Shown one piece after another: positions 45,315 to 55,171 of a stretch of 64,000 bases of DNA. Position numbers and translations under genes: made by a program. Source of the DNA: Polyangiaceae bacterium (GTDB lineage: Bacteria > Myxococcota_A > Polyangia > Polyangiales > Polyangiaceae); assembly GCA_044376115.1 (NCBI GenBank), contig JBILLK010000014.1, positions 96,001 through 160,000 of the forward strand, given 5' to 3'. The stretch's first letter is position 1; every line of letters begins with the position of its first letter. The notes under the pieces are model-generated. The model was given only the letters and a program-made list of their open reading frames with translations, was not told where the DNA came from and ran no database searches.

Positions 45315-46799
45315 TCACTCCTTGTCGAGCTTGCCGACGAGGCTGAGCGTGAAGAACGCACCCATGTACTTGAAGTGCGGGCGAACCTGCATATCGACCT
45401 TGTACCAGCCAGCGTTGCCGGGAACCTCGGTCACGATGATGCGGGCTTGACGAAGCGGCCGACGGCTTCGGATGGCCGGGCTCACGACGTCCTGATCGGC
45501 GACGTACTGGTTGATCCAGTCGTTGAGCTCGTTCTCGAGATCAGCGCGCTCTTTCCAGGTACCGATTTGCTCACGCTGAAGGACCTTCAGGTAGTGCGCA
45601 ATGCGGTTCATGATGAACATGTACGGCAGCTGCGTTCCGAGCCTGTAGTTGAGCTCTGCAGCTCGGCCCTCTTCGCTCTGGCCGAAGTACTTCGGCTTCT
45701 GAACGGAGTTGGCCGAGAAGAAGCAGGCGTTGTCCGAGTCCTTACGGTAGGTGAGAGCGATGAAGCCCTCCTCCGAAAGCTCGTACTCACGACGCTCAGT
45801 GATCATGATCTCGGTCGGGATCTTGGTCTGGATCTCACCCATCGCTTCGTACTGGTGAAGCGGGAGGTTCTCTACCGAGCCACCGGCCTGCGGACCGATG
45901 ATGTTCGGGCACCAACGGAACTTGGCGAACGAGTCCGCAATGCGCGAGGCAAACGCGTAGGTGGCGTTGCCCCAGAGGTAGGCGTCGTGCTTGCCGATGA
46001 CGTCTTCTTCGTAGTTGAAGCCTTTGACCGGAACCGTGTTGGCGCCGTAGGGCAGACGAAGCAGGAAGCGCGGCAACAACAGACCCATGTAGCGGGCGTC
46101 TTCCGTCTCACGGAAGGACTGCCACTTGGTGTACTGGGGCCCTTCGAACACGGCTCGAAGATCCTTGAGGTTCGGCAGACCACCGTAGTCCTTGAGACCG
46201 AAGAACTGGGCACCGGCCGCCGCGAAGAACGGCGCGTGCGACATGGCCGCAACGCTCGCGCACTTCTGCAGCAACATGATGTCTTGAGGGCCCGGACCGA
46301 AGTCGTAGTTCGACACGATCGCGGCGTAGGGGCGACCACCGAACTGACCGTACTCAGCCGAGTAAACCAGCTTGTAGAGGCCGCTCTTCGGAACCTCGGG
46401 TGCGTCCTCGAAGTCCGCGAGTAGATCTTCCTTCGAGCAATTGACGACCTCGACCTTGATGTTCTCGCGGAAGTCGCAGCGGTCGACGAGGAACTTGAGT
46501 CCGCGCCAGGCCGACTCGAGCTTCTGGAACTGTGCGTGGTGAATGATCTCGTCGAGCTGACGAGAAAGCTTCTGATCGATCTCAGCGATCAGCGCGTCAA
46601 CGAAGGCCTTATCAACTCGCTCGCCCTCGCGCTTGGGAGTGATGAGCTCAGCGATGAGAGCTTGAACGCCCTTCTTCGCAACGTCGTAGCCTTCATTGCC
46701 CGGCGCTTGCTTCGCCTCTGCAAGGATTTCATCGAGGAGGGATGCCCCCTCAAGGGACTGCCCGGCCGAACCGCCTTGGGCCTGCGTTTCCGATGCCAT
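45315..46799 (-). CDS. tssC: T6SS sheath large subunit
   Basis: SLLDEIL, FQKLESAWRGL, EYGQFGG, PRFLLRLPY, VRPHF. Confidence 0.96.
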   Translation of the reverse strand: MASETQAQGGSAGQSLEGASLLDEILAEAKQAPGNEGYDVAKKGVQALIAELITPKREGERVDKAFVDALIAEIDQKLSRQLDEIIHHAQFQKLESAWRGLKFLVDRCDFRENIKVEVVNCSKEDLLADFEDAPEVPKSGLYKLVYSAEYGQFGGRPYAAIVSNYDFGPGPQDIMLLQKCASVAAMSHAPFFAAAGAQFFGLKDYGGLPNLKDLRAVFEGPQYTKWQSFRETEDARYMGLLLPRFLLRLPYGANTVPVKGFNYEEDVIGKHDAYLWGNATYAFASRIADSFAKFRWCPNIIGPQAGGSVENLPLHQYEAMGEIQTKIPTEIMITERREYELSEEGFIALTYRKDSDNACFFSANSVQKPKYFGQSEEGRAAELNYRLGTQLPYMFIMNRIAHYLKVLQREQIGTWKERADLENELNDWINQYVADQDVVSPAIRSRRPLRQARIIVTEVPGNAGWYKVDMQVRPHFKYMGAFFTLSLVGKLDKE

Positions 46800-46802
46800 C
46801 GA

Positions 46803-47294
46803 TCACTCCCCCTCTTTCGTGAGGCCAAGCTCGCCGATGAGCTTGTTACGCTGCGCAGGGTCGCTGAGAATTCCCTGAATCTTGTTACGGAAGGCCTTCT
46901 CGTTACCGAGCGGGCCTTTGAGTGCAGTGAGTGCTGCACGAAGCTCGAGCAGCTTCTTCAACTCAGGAACCTGGTTAGCCACAGCCTCGGGCTCCATGTC
47001 CGAGAGACGACGGAACTTCAGGTTGACCGACAGCTCGTCATCAGGGTTCTCCCCCAAGGCGTTCTTCACGTTGAGGTTCAGGTTGAGCTTCTGCTCCGCC
47101 ATGACCTTGGAGAAGTTGTCCTTGTCGATGCTGATCGGTTTGCGATCCTCGAGTGGACGCGGGTCCGGCCTCATTGCGTAGTCGCCAAGCATGAGCAGTT
47201 TAAGCGGCAGCTCGACTTCTTCCTTCGCATCGCCGATGGCCGGCTTGTAGGTGATGTTCACCCTCTCCTTCGGCGCGACACTTCCCTCTTTCAT
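46803..47294 (-). CDS. tssB: T6SS sheath small subunit
   Basis: SVAPKERVNITY, ELPLKLL, PELKKLLELR. Confidence 0.96.
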   Translation of the reverse strand: MKEGSVAPKERVNITYKPAIGDAKEEVELPLKLLMLGDYAMRPDPRPLEDRKPISIDKDNFSKVMAEQKLNLNLNVKNALGENPDDELSVNLKFRRLSDMEPEAVANQVPELKKLLELRAALTALKGPLGNEKAFRNKIQGILSDPAQRNKLIGELGLTKEGE

Positions 47295-47557
47295 CGCTGA
47301 CAGCTCCTTTCCCGGACAATAACTTCTCGGCGACCGCTATCGAAACTGCGAGTGGGCGCCTGAACCTAGAAACTCACTGGGTCTGAAACTCTGCTAGCGC
47401 GAGAGTTCTGAACCCCGAATACCCGACACGATCGATGTTGATTCAAACCGGTCGGGAGCCGCCGCATAAGATACGGAAGCGTCCGACCTCAAGGAAGAGC
47501 GAAATGAACGTGCGACGAATTGCTTTTCATCGCGGTCGCCCGTCTCCCCTTTCGCCC

Positions 47558-49237
47558 TCAGCCTTGCGTCTCTTGACCGAGGCGTAGGGCAAGCGCGGCA
47601 TCCAACTCACACACCTTCTGAAAGGTGCGAGCTGATTCTTTGGCAAGGGTCCCATCATCGGTTCCCATTCCAAGCTGCATCCGCTGAGCGCGGTACAAGT
47701 TGGCGTATAGGTCCGCCGCAAGCTCTGGGTCCCAAAGCGCCACTTTATGCTCGTCCGCGATTCGCTCTAGCGAATCGAGCTGCGCCTTGGCGACCTCCAG
47801 CAGTTGCAGCTTCAGCGCAACCTTCGCGATCTCCAGCCTCGCTTTGAAGCGCTGACCACCTGAACTAGCTTGCCCGGCCGCTCGCGAAAGCATGCCAATA
47901 GCGTCGTTGCCACGCTCTTGTGCGACGAGCTTGGCGGCCTCCGCGATGGCCTTGTCCACCGGCGTCCGCGCTCCCCCGCCACCTCCACCGCCCGCGGCCA
48001 AGCCTTGCAACCACGACTTCGTTTCCTCGCTTGCCATCGGTACACCGTTGGCAAACGAGAGTTGGGGTAGCTCGGGGGCACGCGCTAGGAGAGCGGCTAC
48101 CTCTCGCTGCACAGCCGTTCGAGCAGCGTCATAGTCGGAGCCAAGCCCTTCGAGCGCAGTGACGATGGCTCGCGAAGCATCGAGGAACAAGGGGAATTCA
48201 GCAGCGTTCTGCAACGCCGTGCTGAGCAGCGTGGACCAATCTTGTGCGGCCGCGAGCTCCACGAGAGCCGCCGGAACATGTTCATACGGCCCGTCAAATT
48301 GGGTTCGCCCACCCTCGTTGTACGGAGTGCCGCCAATCAGCAGCCAACCTGCGACTCGCTGCAGGCGAAAGCCGTCAGCGCTGGTCGGCGTTGCTTCCAA
48401 GAATACTTCGGCGGCTCGGGCCAACAGCGGTGCGCTCTCAGCGAGCGCTCGAGAAGCCGACTCCGCGTCCACGATGTCCAACGGCGAGAAGCCGCCGCCG
48501 CTTACCGCCGCATACGCAGCCGAAGGATCGTAGGAAGGATCAGCCGGCGGTGGCTCGGTGTTGGAGCCATCATTCGAGTAACTCGCAGCAGCAGGTGCCG
48601 CGGCTGGAGCGGCAACACGCGGAGCAGGCGGAGGCGGCGGTGGTGGCGGTGGCGGTGGTGGCGGAGCATCCGCAGGAACGCGGCGTTCTAAGTTGGCGAT
48701 CGCCTCGCGTAACCCGAGCATTCCCGAGTACGCGTCCCCCAATTTGTCGGCGAGCATGCCGTCGAGTTCTCGAAACTGACGGTTGAGGGCCTGCACCTTG
48801 AACCGATCACCTGCGACAGGAGTTAGCCCTTGAACCACCGGCCCCACGACGTCGGAGTACCAACCGCACAGAAGACCGCGAGCGCGCGGCCGCTTGAGCG
48901 CCGGGTACATCGGCTCCCAGAAGGCGTTGCAAAGTTCATTCAGGAGAACCACTCCGTCCAGAACGCTCTGAATCGTCTTCAGCTGAGCAGTTCCGGCGCC
49001 GTAGTAGAGCGCAACTCGGAAGTCCTTCGACTTCTCTGCAAGCAGTGTCTCGGAGTTTGACCGAACGACCGACCAGTCGGTAGCTCCACCTTCCAACGCG
49101 TTGACCTTGTCGATCTCGGTCTTGATCGCTTCGAACGCCTCGTCATACGAAGCGTCTTCACCAACGCCGCCGTTTACGGGAGCAAGCAGACCTTCGATTC
49201 GCGCTTTTGCTTCGTTGACTGCGTCTTCTGCACTCAT
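47558..49237 (-). CDS. tssA: T6SS TssA (ImpA_N domain, Pro-rich linker, VasJ-like C-terminus)
   Basis: G....YD..F..IK.EI, SKDFRV, W..MYP, poly-Pro linker, WDP near C-terminus; inside the T6SS cluster. Confidence 0.88.
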   Translation of the reverse strand: MSAEDAVNEAKARIEGLLAPVNGGVGEDASYDEAFEAIKTEIDKVNALEGGATDWSVVRSNSETLLAEKSKDFRVALYYGAGTAQLKTIQSVLDGVVLLNELCNAFWEPMYPALKRPRARGLLCGWYSDVVGPVVQGLTPVAGDRFKVQALNRQFRELDGMLADKLGDAYSGMLGLREAIANLERRVPADAPPPPPPPPPPPPPAPRVAAPAAAPAAASYSNDGSNTEPPPADPSYDPSAAYAAVSGGGFSPLDIVDAESASRALAESAPLLARAAEVFLEATPTSADGFRLQRVAGWLLIGGTPYNEGGRTQFDGPYEHVPAALVELAAAQDWSTLLSTALQNAAEFPLFLDASRAIVTALEGLGSDYDAARTAVQREVAALLARAPELPQLSFANGVPMASEETKSWLQGLAAGGGGGGGARTPVDKAIAEAAKLVAQERGNDAIGMLSRAAGQASSGGQRFKARLEIAKVALKLQLLEVAKAQLDSLERIADEHKVALWDPELAADLYANLYRAQRMQLGMGTDDGTLAKESARTFQKVCELDAALALRLGQETQG

Positions 49238-49322
49238 GCTTCTCGTCGCCTTGGCAATGAAGTGTCGTGGGTTGTAGCGCTACGCACGGGAGGGCCTCCG
49301 CTTCACGGTGGCAACCCAATAC

Positions 49323-50294
49323 TCAGTCGAGCGTGCGCAGGAAGTTAGCGATCGGCATGTCGGTATTGGACACGGCAGTATCGAGTTCTGCGCTGAGACG
49401 AGCGCGAGCAGCCTTCTCGTCGCAGGTCGGCAACCCGCAAAGTTCTGCAACGTGGTCCGCCGAGCCGGTAGGCGCCAAGATCTCACGCAGAGAACTCACA
49501 TGCGGCGTTCCAAGATGGATCAACGCCGTTTGTTGAGGAACCCAGAACGTGTTGGGCACGGTCGCCTTCCACTTTGCGAGACGCAGGACCAAATCGATCC
49601 ACACCGCGGTGGCATAGGCGTCTCCCGCGCCAATCGGAAGGCGGAGCGCGAGACCTGTTTGGGGCAGCTCCTGCCCGCGAAACGGTTCAACCGACTCGGC
49701 AACATTGGAAAGCACCCAAAACCGACTGGAGTCACTGCCAAAGCCAGTCTCCCACAGGGCCTTCATGGTGTTTTCTTGAAGCCACTTTCGATAGCCCGCA
49801 GTGCTGCCCTCGACGTCATCCAACGAAGGAGCCTGGAGCCGGGCAACACGCTCGAGAAAGGCCTGTACTGGCCACGTTCGCCCTTGCGTAGCGAGCTCGT
49901 AAGCACCGGTCAGAAACTTCCACAGCGCGATGGGAATCGCACCGCCCAAACTCGCCAGTTGCCCGTAGTCATAGGAGGCGAAGACCACCATCGGGTAGAG
50001 TCGACCCGCACCGTCGCCACTGGCTGCCCACGCCCCGACGAGTGCGCGAGCGGGCCCTTCCTCCCCTTTGGCGTCCCCTCGGAAAATGAAGAGGCCAACC
50101 GAACGTTGGTACGCCTCCTCAAAACCTTGGCCGAGTGCTCGTTGGGCGAAGTCCATCGAGCCGCCGAGCCATCGGTCGAAGGCCGCGAGTTCATCACCGC
50201 CAGCGTTGTGACGAATGAAGTCCCCGGTGGAGGGCAGCTTGCCGAAGCACCCGACGAGCGGCGGGCCAGAACTCTTTTTCTTGCGCCAAAACAT
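49323..50294 (-). CDS. tagF: T6SS-associated TagF
   Basis: FGKLPSTGDF and S.D.AGR.YP motifs; follows tssM. Confidence 0.88.
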   Translation of the reverse strand: MFWRKKKSSGPPLVGCFGKLPSTGDFIRHNAGGDELAAFDRWLGGSMDFAQRALGQGFEEAYQRSVGLFIFRGDAKGEEGPARALVGAWAASGDGAGRLYPMVVFASYDYGQLASLGGAIPIALWKFLTGAYELATQGRTWPVQAFLERVARLQAPSLDDVEGSTAGYRKWLQENTMKALWETGFGSDSSRFWVLSNVAESVEPFRGQELPQTGLALRLPIGAGDAYATAVWIDLVLRLAKWKATVPNTFWVPQQTALIHLGTPHVSSLREILAPTGSADHVAELCGLPTCDEKAARARLSAELDTAVSNTDMPIANFLRTLD

Positions 50295-50395
50295 CGGAGA
50301 GGCCCCCGAGGCTACACCAACAGCCCAGAATTGAGACACAAAACGTGGACGCCCTCCAACCAGGGAGGGCGCCTCGGATTCTCAGCTTTTCGGGC

Positions 50396-53300
50396 TTAGT
50401 TTTTCCCGCCGCCGAACTTGTCGCCAATGCTCGGTGGGCAGTTCGTGGCCCGGAAGAAGCTCAACGGGAACGGATGATTTCCGCGTCGTGGCCGGACCTG
50501 CATCGTGACCGTGACGGGAGGAGCACTCATCGTCCAGGTGACAAGGAACTGCTGGTCGCTGTCTTTGACGGCGGTGAAAGTATCCGCAGCCTCGAACAGA
50601 CGGAAGATACCCCAGGGACCTTCACGAACCATCTCCTCGTCGAGCCCACCGGCACCACGGATCTGAATCCGTGCACCGCTCTGCTCAGCTCCCGGCCAGG
50701 AGAATTGGTACCAGAACTCCTTCTCGTTTCGATAGGTCCGCTTCTGACCATCGAGCTCAAACATGATGTCGCTCACGATGGGACTGACCGTCTTCAGATT
50801 GATCTGGAACTTTACGTTCGGATCGTCGCCCTTGAGACCAGGCCAGAGTGCGTCCGTGATCTCGTGGGAGCGCTCGAGGCAGTTGTACATCAGCGGATTG
50901 AACGGAGTGAACGGCTTGCCCTTAGGTGCTCCTTCTCCTTGCAGATAGGCCATTGGGATGAACTTGTGGTCCTGCTGCCGGTGGAAGGTCTTCAGGTACT
51001 TGTCGTAGAAGCCCCAGAGCACGCCCTCGCTCGGCCTAAAGAAGGTCTTTGCGTCCTCAAACGAAGCGTCGCGTTTTGCTGCCACGTTGAAGGGGTAGCG
51101 GTCTTTGATCTTGTCGCGATAGTGAGGCCAAACCATGACCTCCCAGAGTCCGCTGGCAGCCCCGCCTGCGCCCTTGACGAAGGCCCGGTAGCCCTGGCGC
51201 AGAGGGTTCATCAGCAGCTCGGACATCATCTCCTGCCCGAGTGGATCCAGCCGCAAGAGCATGGACTCGGCGTCTTTGACCGCTACCGTAAAGAGCTCGG
51301 TTGCCTTGACGGTGTCGCTGTCAGCAGGACCTTCCTCAACCACCTGCATCTCGGTCTTGAGCTTCTCGAGATGCCCCACGTACTTGGCAAGCTCGGGGTC
51401 GGGCGGCAGCTTCTCCGGCGGCTTCTGACCGTCGGGCCCCATCTTCGGCGGGACGTACGGAGCTGCAACACCGAACGCTACGACGTTGGCGAAGGCGCGC
51501 TTGATGCGCTCTTTGCTCGGGAGGTCTTTGGCCGCTTGAAGCTCCTCGACCTTGACGCCGGAGCCGGACTCGAATCGGCGCTTGATGCGACGCTCGATCT
51601 GGTCGACCACACCGCCGTCTTCACGAAGCCCTGCGGGGATCTTGTTGTCGTCGGGGAACTGGGTGTTGTCCGACAGCGTCTGAAGCAGCCGTCGGTAGGC
51701 CCACTCGGGCGTCGACAGAACCTTGTACTCGGCAACGGCTTCGGAGTTGATCGCCGGGACCTTCACGTCGATGTCGCGGAAGAACTCTTTCCACTCCGAG
51801 ATGTAGTCGTCTTCGTAGCGCTGACGCACACGCTTCAACTGCTTCTTGATCGTGTTGGCCTGTTCCTTCTCATCGCGATCGTAGGGCACGACCCAAGCCT
51901 CGCGCTCGAGCAGTTTGGCTCCCTCTTCCTCGAGCAGCTTGTCGATCACGCGAAAGCCTTCGATGGTGAACGGCCCGCGAATCTCTGCAGCCGGACGACC
52001 CTGCTTCACACGCTTTGACGAGAGTACCGTCTGCACTTCGGGGCGGTCATCGAAGACATCCGTCAACGCAATCGGTGGATACTTGCGGTTGTTGACGTCG
52101 TCGGGGCCCAGCTCATCGATCTTCTCGTCGATACGAGCCGTCACGAAGATCTCGTAGTAGGCCTGCACACGGTCAGCGGTTCGCAACCGTTCACGCGCAG
52201 ACTCCACGAGCTTCGGATCTCGGGTGAGTCCAGGAACCAGACCGTCGCGTTGGAGTTCGACGAAGAACTTCACGTGCGGTTGGAGCTTAGCCTTGAGGTC
52301 CTGCTCGCTCATTCCGCCGCCGCCCCGAACCAACACTTCAGCCCAGAGCTGCGTGAGTCGCCCCACCTGGAAGTTGAAGATTTCCGGATCCTTCAAGCGG
52401 GCGGCGTCGTCGATCAGCAGGTAGGTCTTGAGGTTGTTGTAGTCGGGAAGATACGGATCGCCCTTGATCTCACCAACCCGCACCTCGAGATCCGCCTTGG
52501 TGGGCTTGATGAAGCCTTCCTGAAGGTTCTTGATGTAGAGGTTCTTGAGCGGATCAAACAGGTTCTCACCCTGGTACATGAACCACGAGTAGGAGATGGG
52601 TTTCCCGTTGTCGTTCCAGTCCTTCAGGATCTCGAGCTGAGCTCGCGTCTCGTCGAGGCGCTGGACCTTATCGTACGCGCTCGAGGAATCACTCCACTGC
52701 ACCGTCCCAACCGCAGTGCTGATGCGGCGAGTCTCAGCAACCAACTCGCGGTTGTTCATGTAGGAGATGACGCCAGGAACGACGAACACGGCGGCTAGAA
52801 TGATGGCGGCAGCGGCCACGACCAGCTTCTGCAGCAACCGCTTGCGCAACTCCGCAGCGCTCATCGCCGCGAGGTCCTGATCCGGGAAAGCGACCTTCAG
52901 GAAGACGTCGCGCAGGAAGTAGCTTCGCGCCTCCTTCGACTGATCGGTCTCCTCCTGAACACTCCCCTTTAGCCCAAAGGCTTTACCCATCGCGCCAACC
53001 ACGCGGTCGAGAGGCTTGCCCTCCTGCGTTCCGCTGGTGAAGTAGAACCCGCGAAGGATTGGTAGCTGCCCAGTTCCCGCAGCAAACGTCGACTGCATGA
53101 ACTCGGAGAGATTCCGCTTGATTGCAGCGAACTCGAGCGGGAACTGGTAGATGCGCTCCTTGACCGCGCGACTCCGCTCACCGCTGACGCGCTTGGTCAC
53201 ACGGTTGTGGAGGTGCTCGACAAGTAAATCAAACTCGCGATCAAACAGCCGACCGGGTTCCGCCTTGGGCTCTGCCAAGTTGAAGGTCGAGCCCCAGATC

Positions 53301-54124
53301 TGCCCACGCTCGCTCTTCTTGAGATCGCCAAAGTACTCGACGAAGCCTGCGACCAAGTCGGCCTTGGTGAACAGCACGTACACCGGTAGCGTCATCTTGA
53401 GCGTCGTCTGCATCTCTTCGATGCGCGCACGCACCTTGCTCGCCGTTTGACGGATCTGATCCTCCGTCGCGTCGAGAAGTTCAGCCACGCTGATGGCAAC
53501 GAAGACGCCGTTGAGCGGCTTCTCCGGGCGGTACTTCATCAGCTGCTCGAGGAACGAAATCCATTCGTCGCGGTCATCGCTCTCGGTGGTGTAGCGACCA
53601 GCCGTATCAAGCAAGATTGCGTCGTTCGCAAACCACCAATCGCAGTTACGCGTACCGCCAACCCCCCGCACGCCCGCTGAGTCCGAAAGCGGAAACTCAA
53701 GCCCGGAGTGACGAAGTGCGGTGGTCTTGCCTGCACCCGGTGGCCCGACGATCGCGTACCAAGGGAGAGCGTAAAGAGCGTGTTCCCCGTAGCGACCACC
53801 GGCCAGCTTCGACTTCTTGATCGCAGCGATGCCTTCGGAGATCTGCTTGTGAAGCGCCTGGATCTCCTCCCGATCTTTCGGGCTGGCGATCGCCTGCTCC
53901 TGCGCCTGTTGCGCGATGGCTCGCTCGAGCGCTCTTGCAGCTCTCGCTGCTCGTATGCGGCGAATGAGCCACAGGGCGATGAGACCGCCAAGAATGATTC
54001 CGGTGATGGTTATCGCCAGCCAAAGCGGCAAAAACTCGGGTGCCCCCTCTTCGACTGGAGGGAACATGAACCACACCACCCAGACTGCGAGGATGACGAG
54101 TATGCCGAAGATCCAGAGCCACAT
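50396..54124 (-). CDS. tssM: T6SS membrane subunit TssM (IcmF)
   Basis: N-terminal TMs, LPWY..GPPGAGKTT, CDWWF, DTAGRY, RGFYFTSGTQEG, YPF, GPWG.FRL. Confidence 0.95.
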   Translation of the reverse strand: MWLWIFGILVILAVWVVWFMFPPVEEGAPEFLPLWLAITITGIILGGLIALWLIRRIRAARAARALERAIAQQAQEQAIASPKDREEIQALHKQISEGIAAIKKSKLAGGRYGEHALYALPWYAIVGPPGAGKTTALRHSGLEFPLSDSAGVRGVGGTRNCDWWFANDAILLDTAGRYTTESDDRDEWISFLEQLMKYRPEKPLNGVFVAISVAELLDATEDQIRQTASKVRARIEEMQTTLKMTLPVYVLFTKADLVAGFVEYFGDLKKSERGQIWGSTFNLAEPKAEPGRLFDREFDLLVEHLHNRVTKRVSGERSRAVKERIYQFPLEFAAIKRNLSEFMQSTFAAGTGQLPILRGFYFTSGTQEGKPLDRVVGAMGKAFGLKGSVQEETDQSKEARSYFLRDVFLKVAFPDQDLAAMSAAELRKRLLQKLVVAAAAIILAAVFVVPGVISYMNNRELVAETRRISTAVGTVQWSDSSSAYDKVQRLDETRAQLEILKDWNDNGKPISYSWFMYQGENLFDPLKNLYIKNLQEGFIKPTKADLEVRVGEIKGDPYLPDYNNLKTYLLIDDAARLKDPEIFNFQVGRLTQLWAEVLVRGGGGMSEQDLKAKLQPHVKFFVELQRDGLVPGLTRDPKLVESARERLRTADRVQAYYEIFVTARIDEKIDELGPDDVNNRKYPPIALTDVFDDRPEVQTVLSSKRVKQGRPAAEIRGPFTIEGFRVIDKLLEEEGAKLLEREAWVVPYDRDEKEQANTIKKQLKRVRQRYEDDYISEWKEFFRDIDVKVPAINSEAVAEYKVLSTPEWAYRRLLQTLSDNTQFPDDNKIPAGLREDGGVVDQIERRIKRRFESGSGVKVEELQAAKDLPSKERIKRAFANVVAFGVAAPYVPPKMGPDGQKPPEKLPPDPELAKYVGHLEKLKTEMQVVEEGPADSDTVKATELFTVAVKDAESMLLRLDPLGQEMMSELLMNPLRQGYRAFVKGAGGAASGLWEVMVWPHYRDKIKDRYPFNVAAKRDASFEDAKTFFRPSEGVLWGFYDKYLKTFHRQQDHKFIPMAYLQGEGAPKGKPFTPFNPLMYNCLERSHEITDALWPGLKGDDPNVKFQINLKTVSPIVSDIMFELDGQKRTYRNEKEFWYQFSWPGAEQSGARIQIRGAGGLDEEMVREGPWGIFRLFEAADTFTAVKDSDQQFLVTWTMSAPPVTVTMQVRPRRGNHPFPLSFFRATNCPPSIGDKFGGGKN

Positions 54125-54367
54125 TTCGTTGAAAGCATGGCGGTTCTCCCGCGCGGAGCCAACTTTTGAGCAGTTCTCGCCGCATTATTTCTGTGACGCC
54201 TCAAGAACGCTGCAGTTTTGAGCACGTGCTTTCGGCATCGCGAGCCAAGCTCGGTTCACCCGTTGCTGTCGCGGCGACGATGGCCAACCGGCAAGCGGTT
54301 GATGGACGCAAACGGGCGCGCCAACCGGTGCTGACGCGCCCCCAAAAGTTACCTCGGTTTTGAGAGG

Positions 54368-55045
54368 CTAGTTGCCGCCGACCAACCCGTTGATCGTGTT
54401 CGAAACCTCGGTGGCATTGCTCTGAATCATCATGCGCATACCGACGACGACCAGCGCTGCCGCGATCAAGATGCCAATAGCGATGCCGACGAACGGTAGC
54501 TCCCGGCGTACAACACCGGACCCCGCATCTTTGCGTTCGGCATTGGGTGCAATGATATCGCCCCCGCCTTCTTGAACCGCAACGTAGTTGCCCAACCCCT
54601 CAACCACCTGCTGCAAACCCTCTTGGTTGCGAAGGCGGTACTTGCCCTGAAATCCAAGCGCCAAACAGAGGAAGTAGATCTGCGCCACGTGGTTGCGCCC
54701 GCGAGCGCCGTGCAGATTATCGAGATTAACGAAGAAGCCGTCGCCGGCGGTGTTGATCCCAAAGAACTGAAGCTGGAGCGGGTTCGACAGCCACTGGGTT
54801 TTGCCAGGCCACGTCGAGTGGTAGATCACCTCGTCAGCGAACGCTGCGAGAGCGAACTTCGCGTCGATCATGTCCTGCTCGGGAATCCGCTGCTCGCGCC
54901 CGTTTTGCATCATGGTCTCGAAGAGACCAAGCACGCGCCGCTGAAGGATGTCGGGGGCTGGCAAGTCCCTCGAATTGCGGAGCTGCAGGATGAGCGAAAG
55001 CACATCCGAGCAGACCCAGTACATCGTTTGCGCCATGCTCGCCAT
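54368..55045 (-). CDS. tssL: T6SS TssL (DotU), no OmpA domain
   Basis: FALAAFADE, PLQ..F, AGDGFF, LGFQGKY, C-terminal TM. Confidence 0.93.
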   Translation of the reverse strand: MASMAQTMYWVCSDVLSLILQLRNSRDLPAPDILQRRVLGLFETMMQNGREQRIPEQDMIDAKFALAAFADEVIYHSTWPGKTQWLSNPLQLQFFGINTAGDGFFVNLDNLHGARGRNHVAQIYFLCLALGFQGKYRLRNQEGLQQVVEGLGNYVAVQEGGGDIIAPNAERKDAGSGVVRRELPFVGIAIGILIAAALVVVGMRMMIQSNATEVSNTINGLVGGN

Positions 55046-55171
55046 AACACTCCTTGAGAACCGAGAGCTGAGCTACCAGCCCGAACGACGGCCATGGTGC
55101 CAGAGCTGAGCCGAGGTTCCAAGATTCACGCAGAAGAGATGGAACGATCGGCGATTTCCTCGCAGTAGACG

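Noticed and set aside
47295..47557. Sigma-54 promoter or small RNA upstream of tssB; three GAAACT copies
   Set aside because: No convincing GG-N10-GC consensus; the repeats are short and unevenly spaced.
48625..48665. GGC/GGT triplet repeat
   Set aside because: Encodes the poly-proline linker of TssA.
50345..52018. 557-aa plus-strand ORF
   Set aside because: Antisense shadow of tssM.
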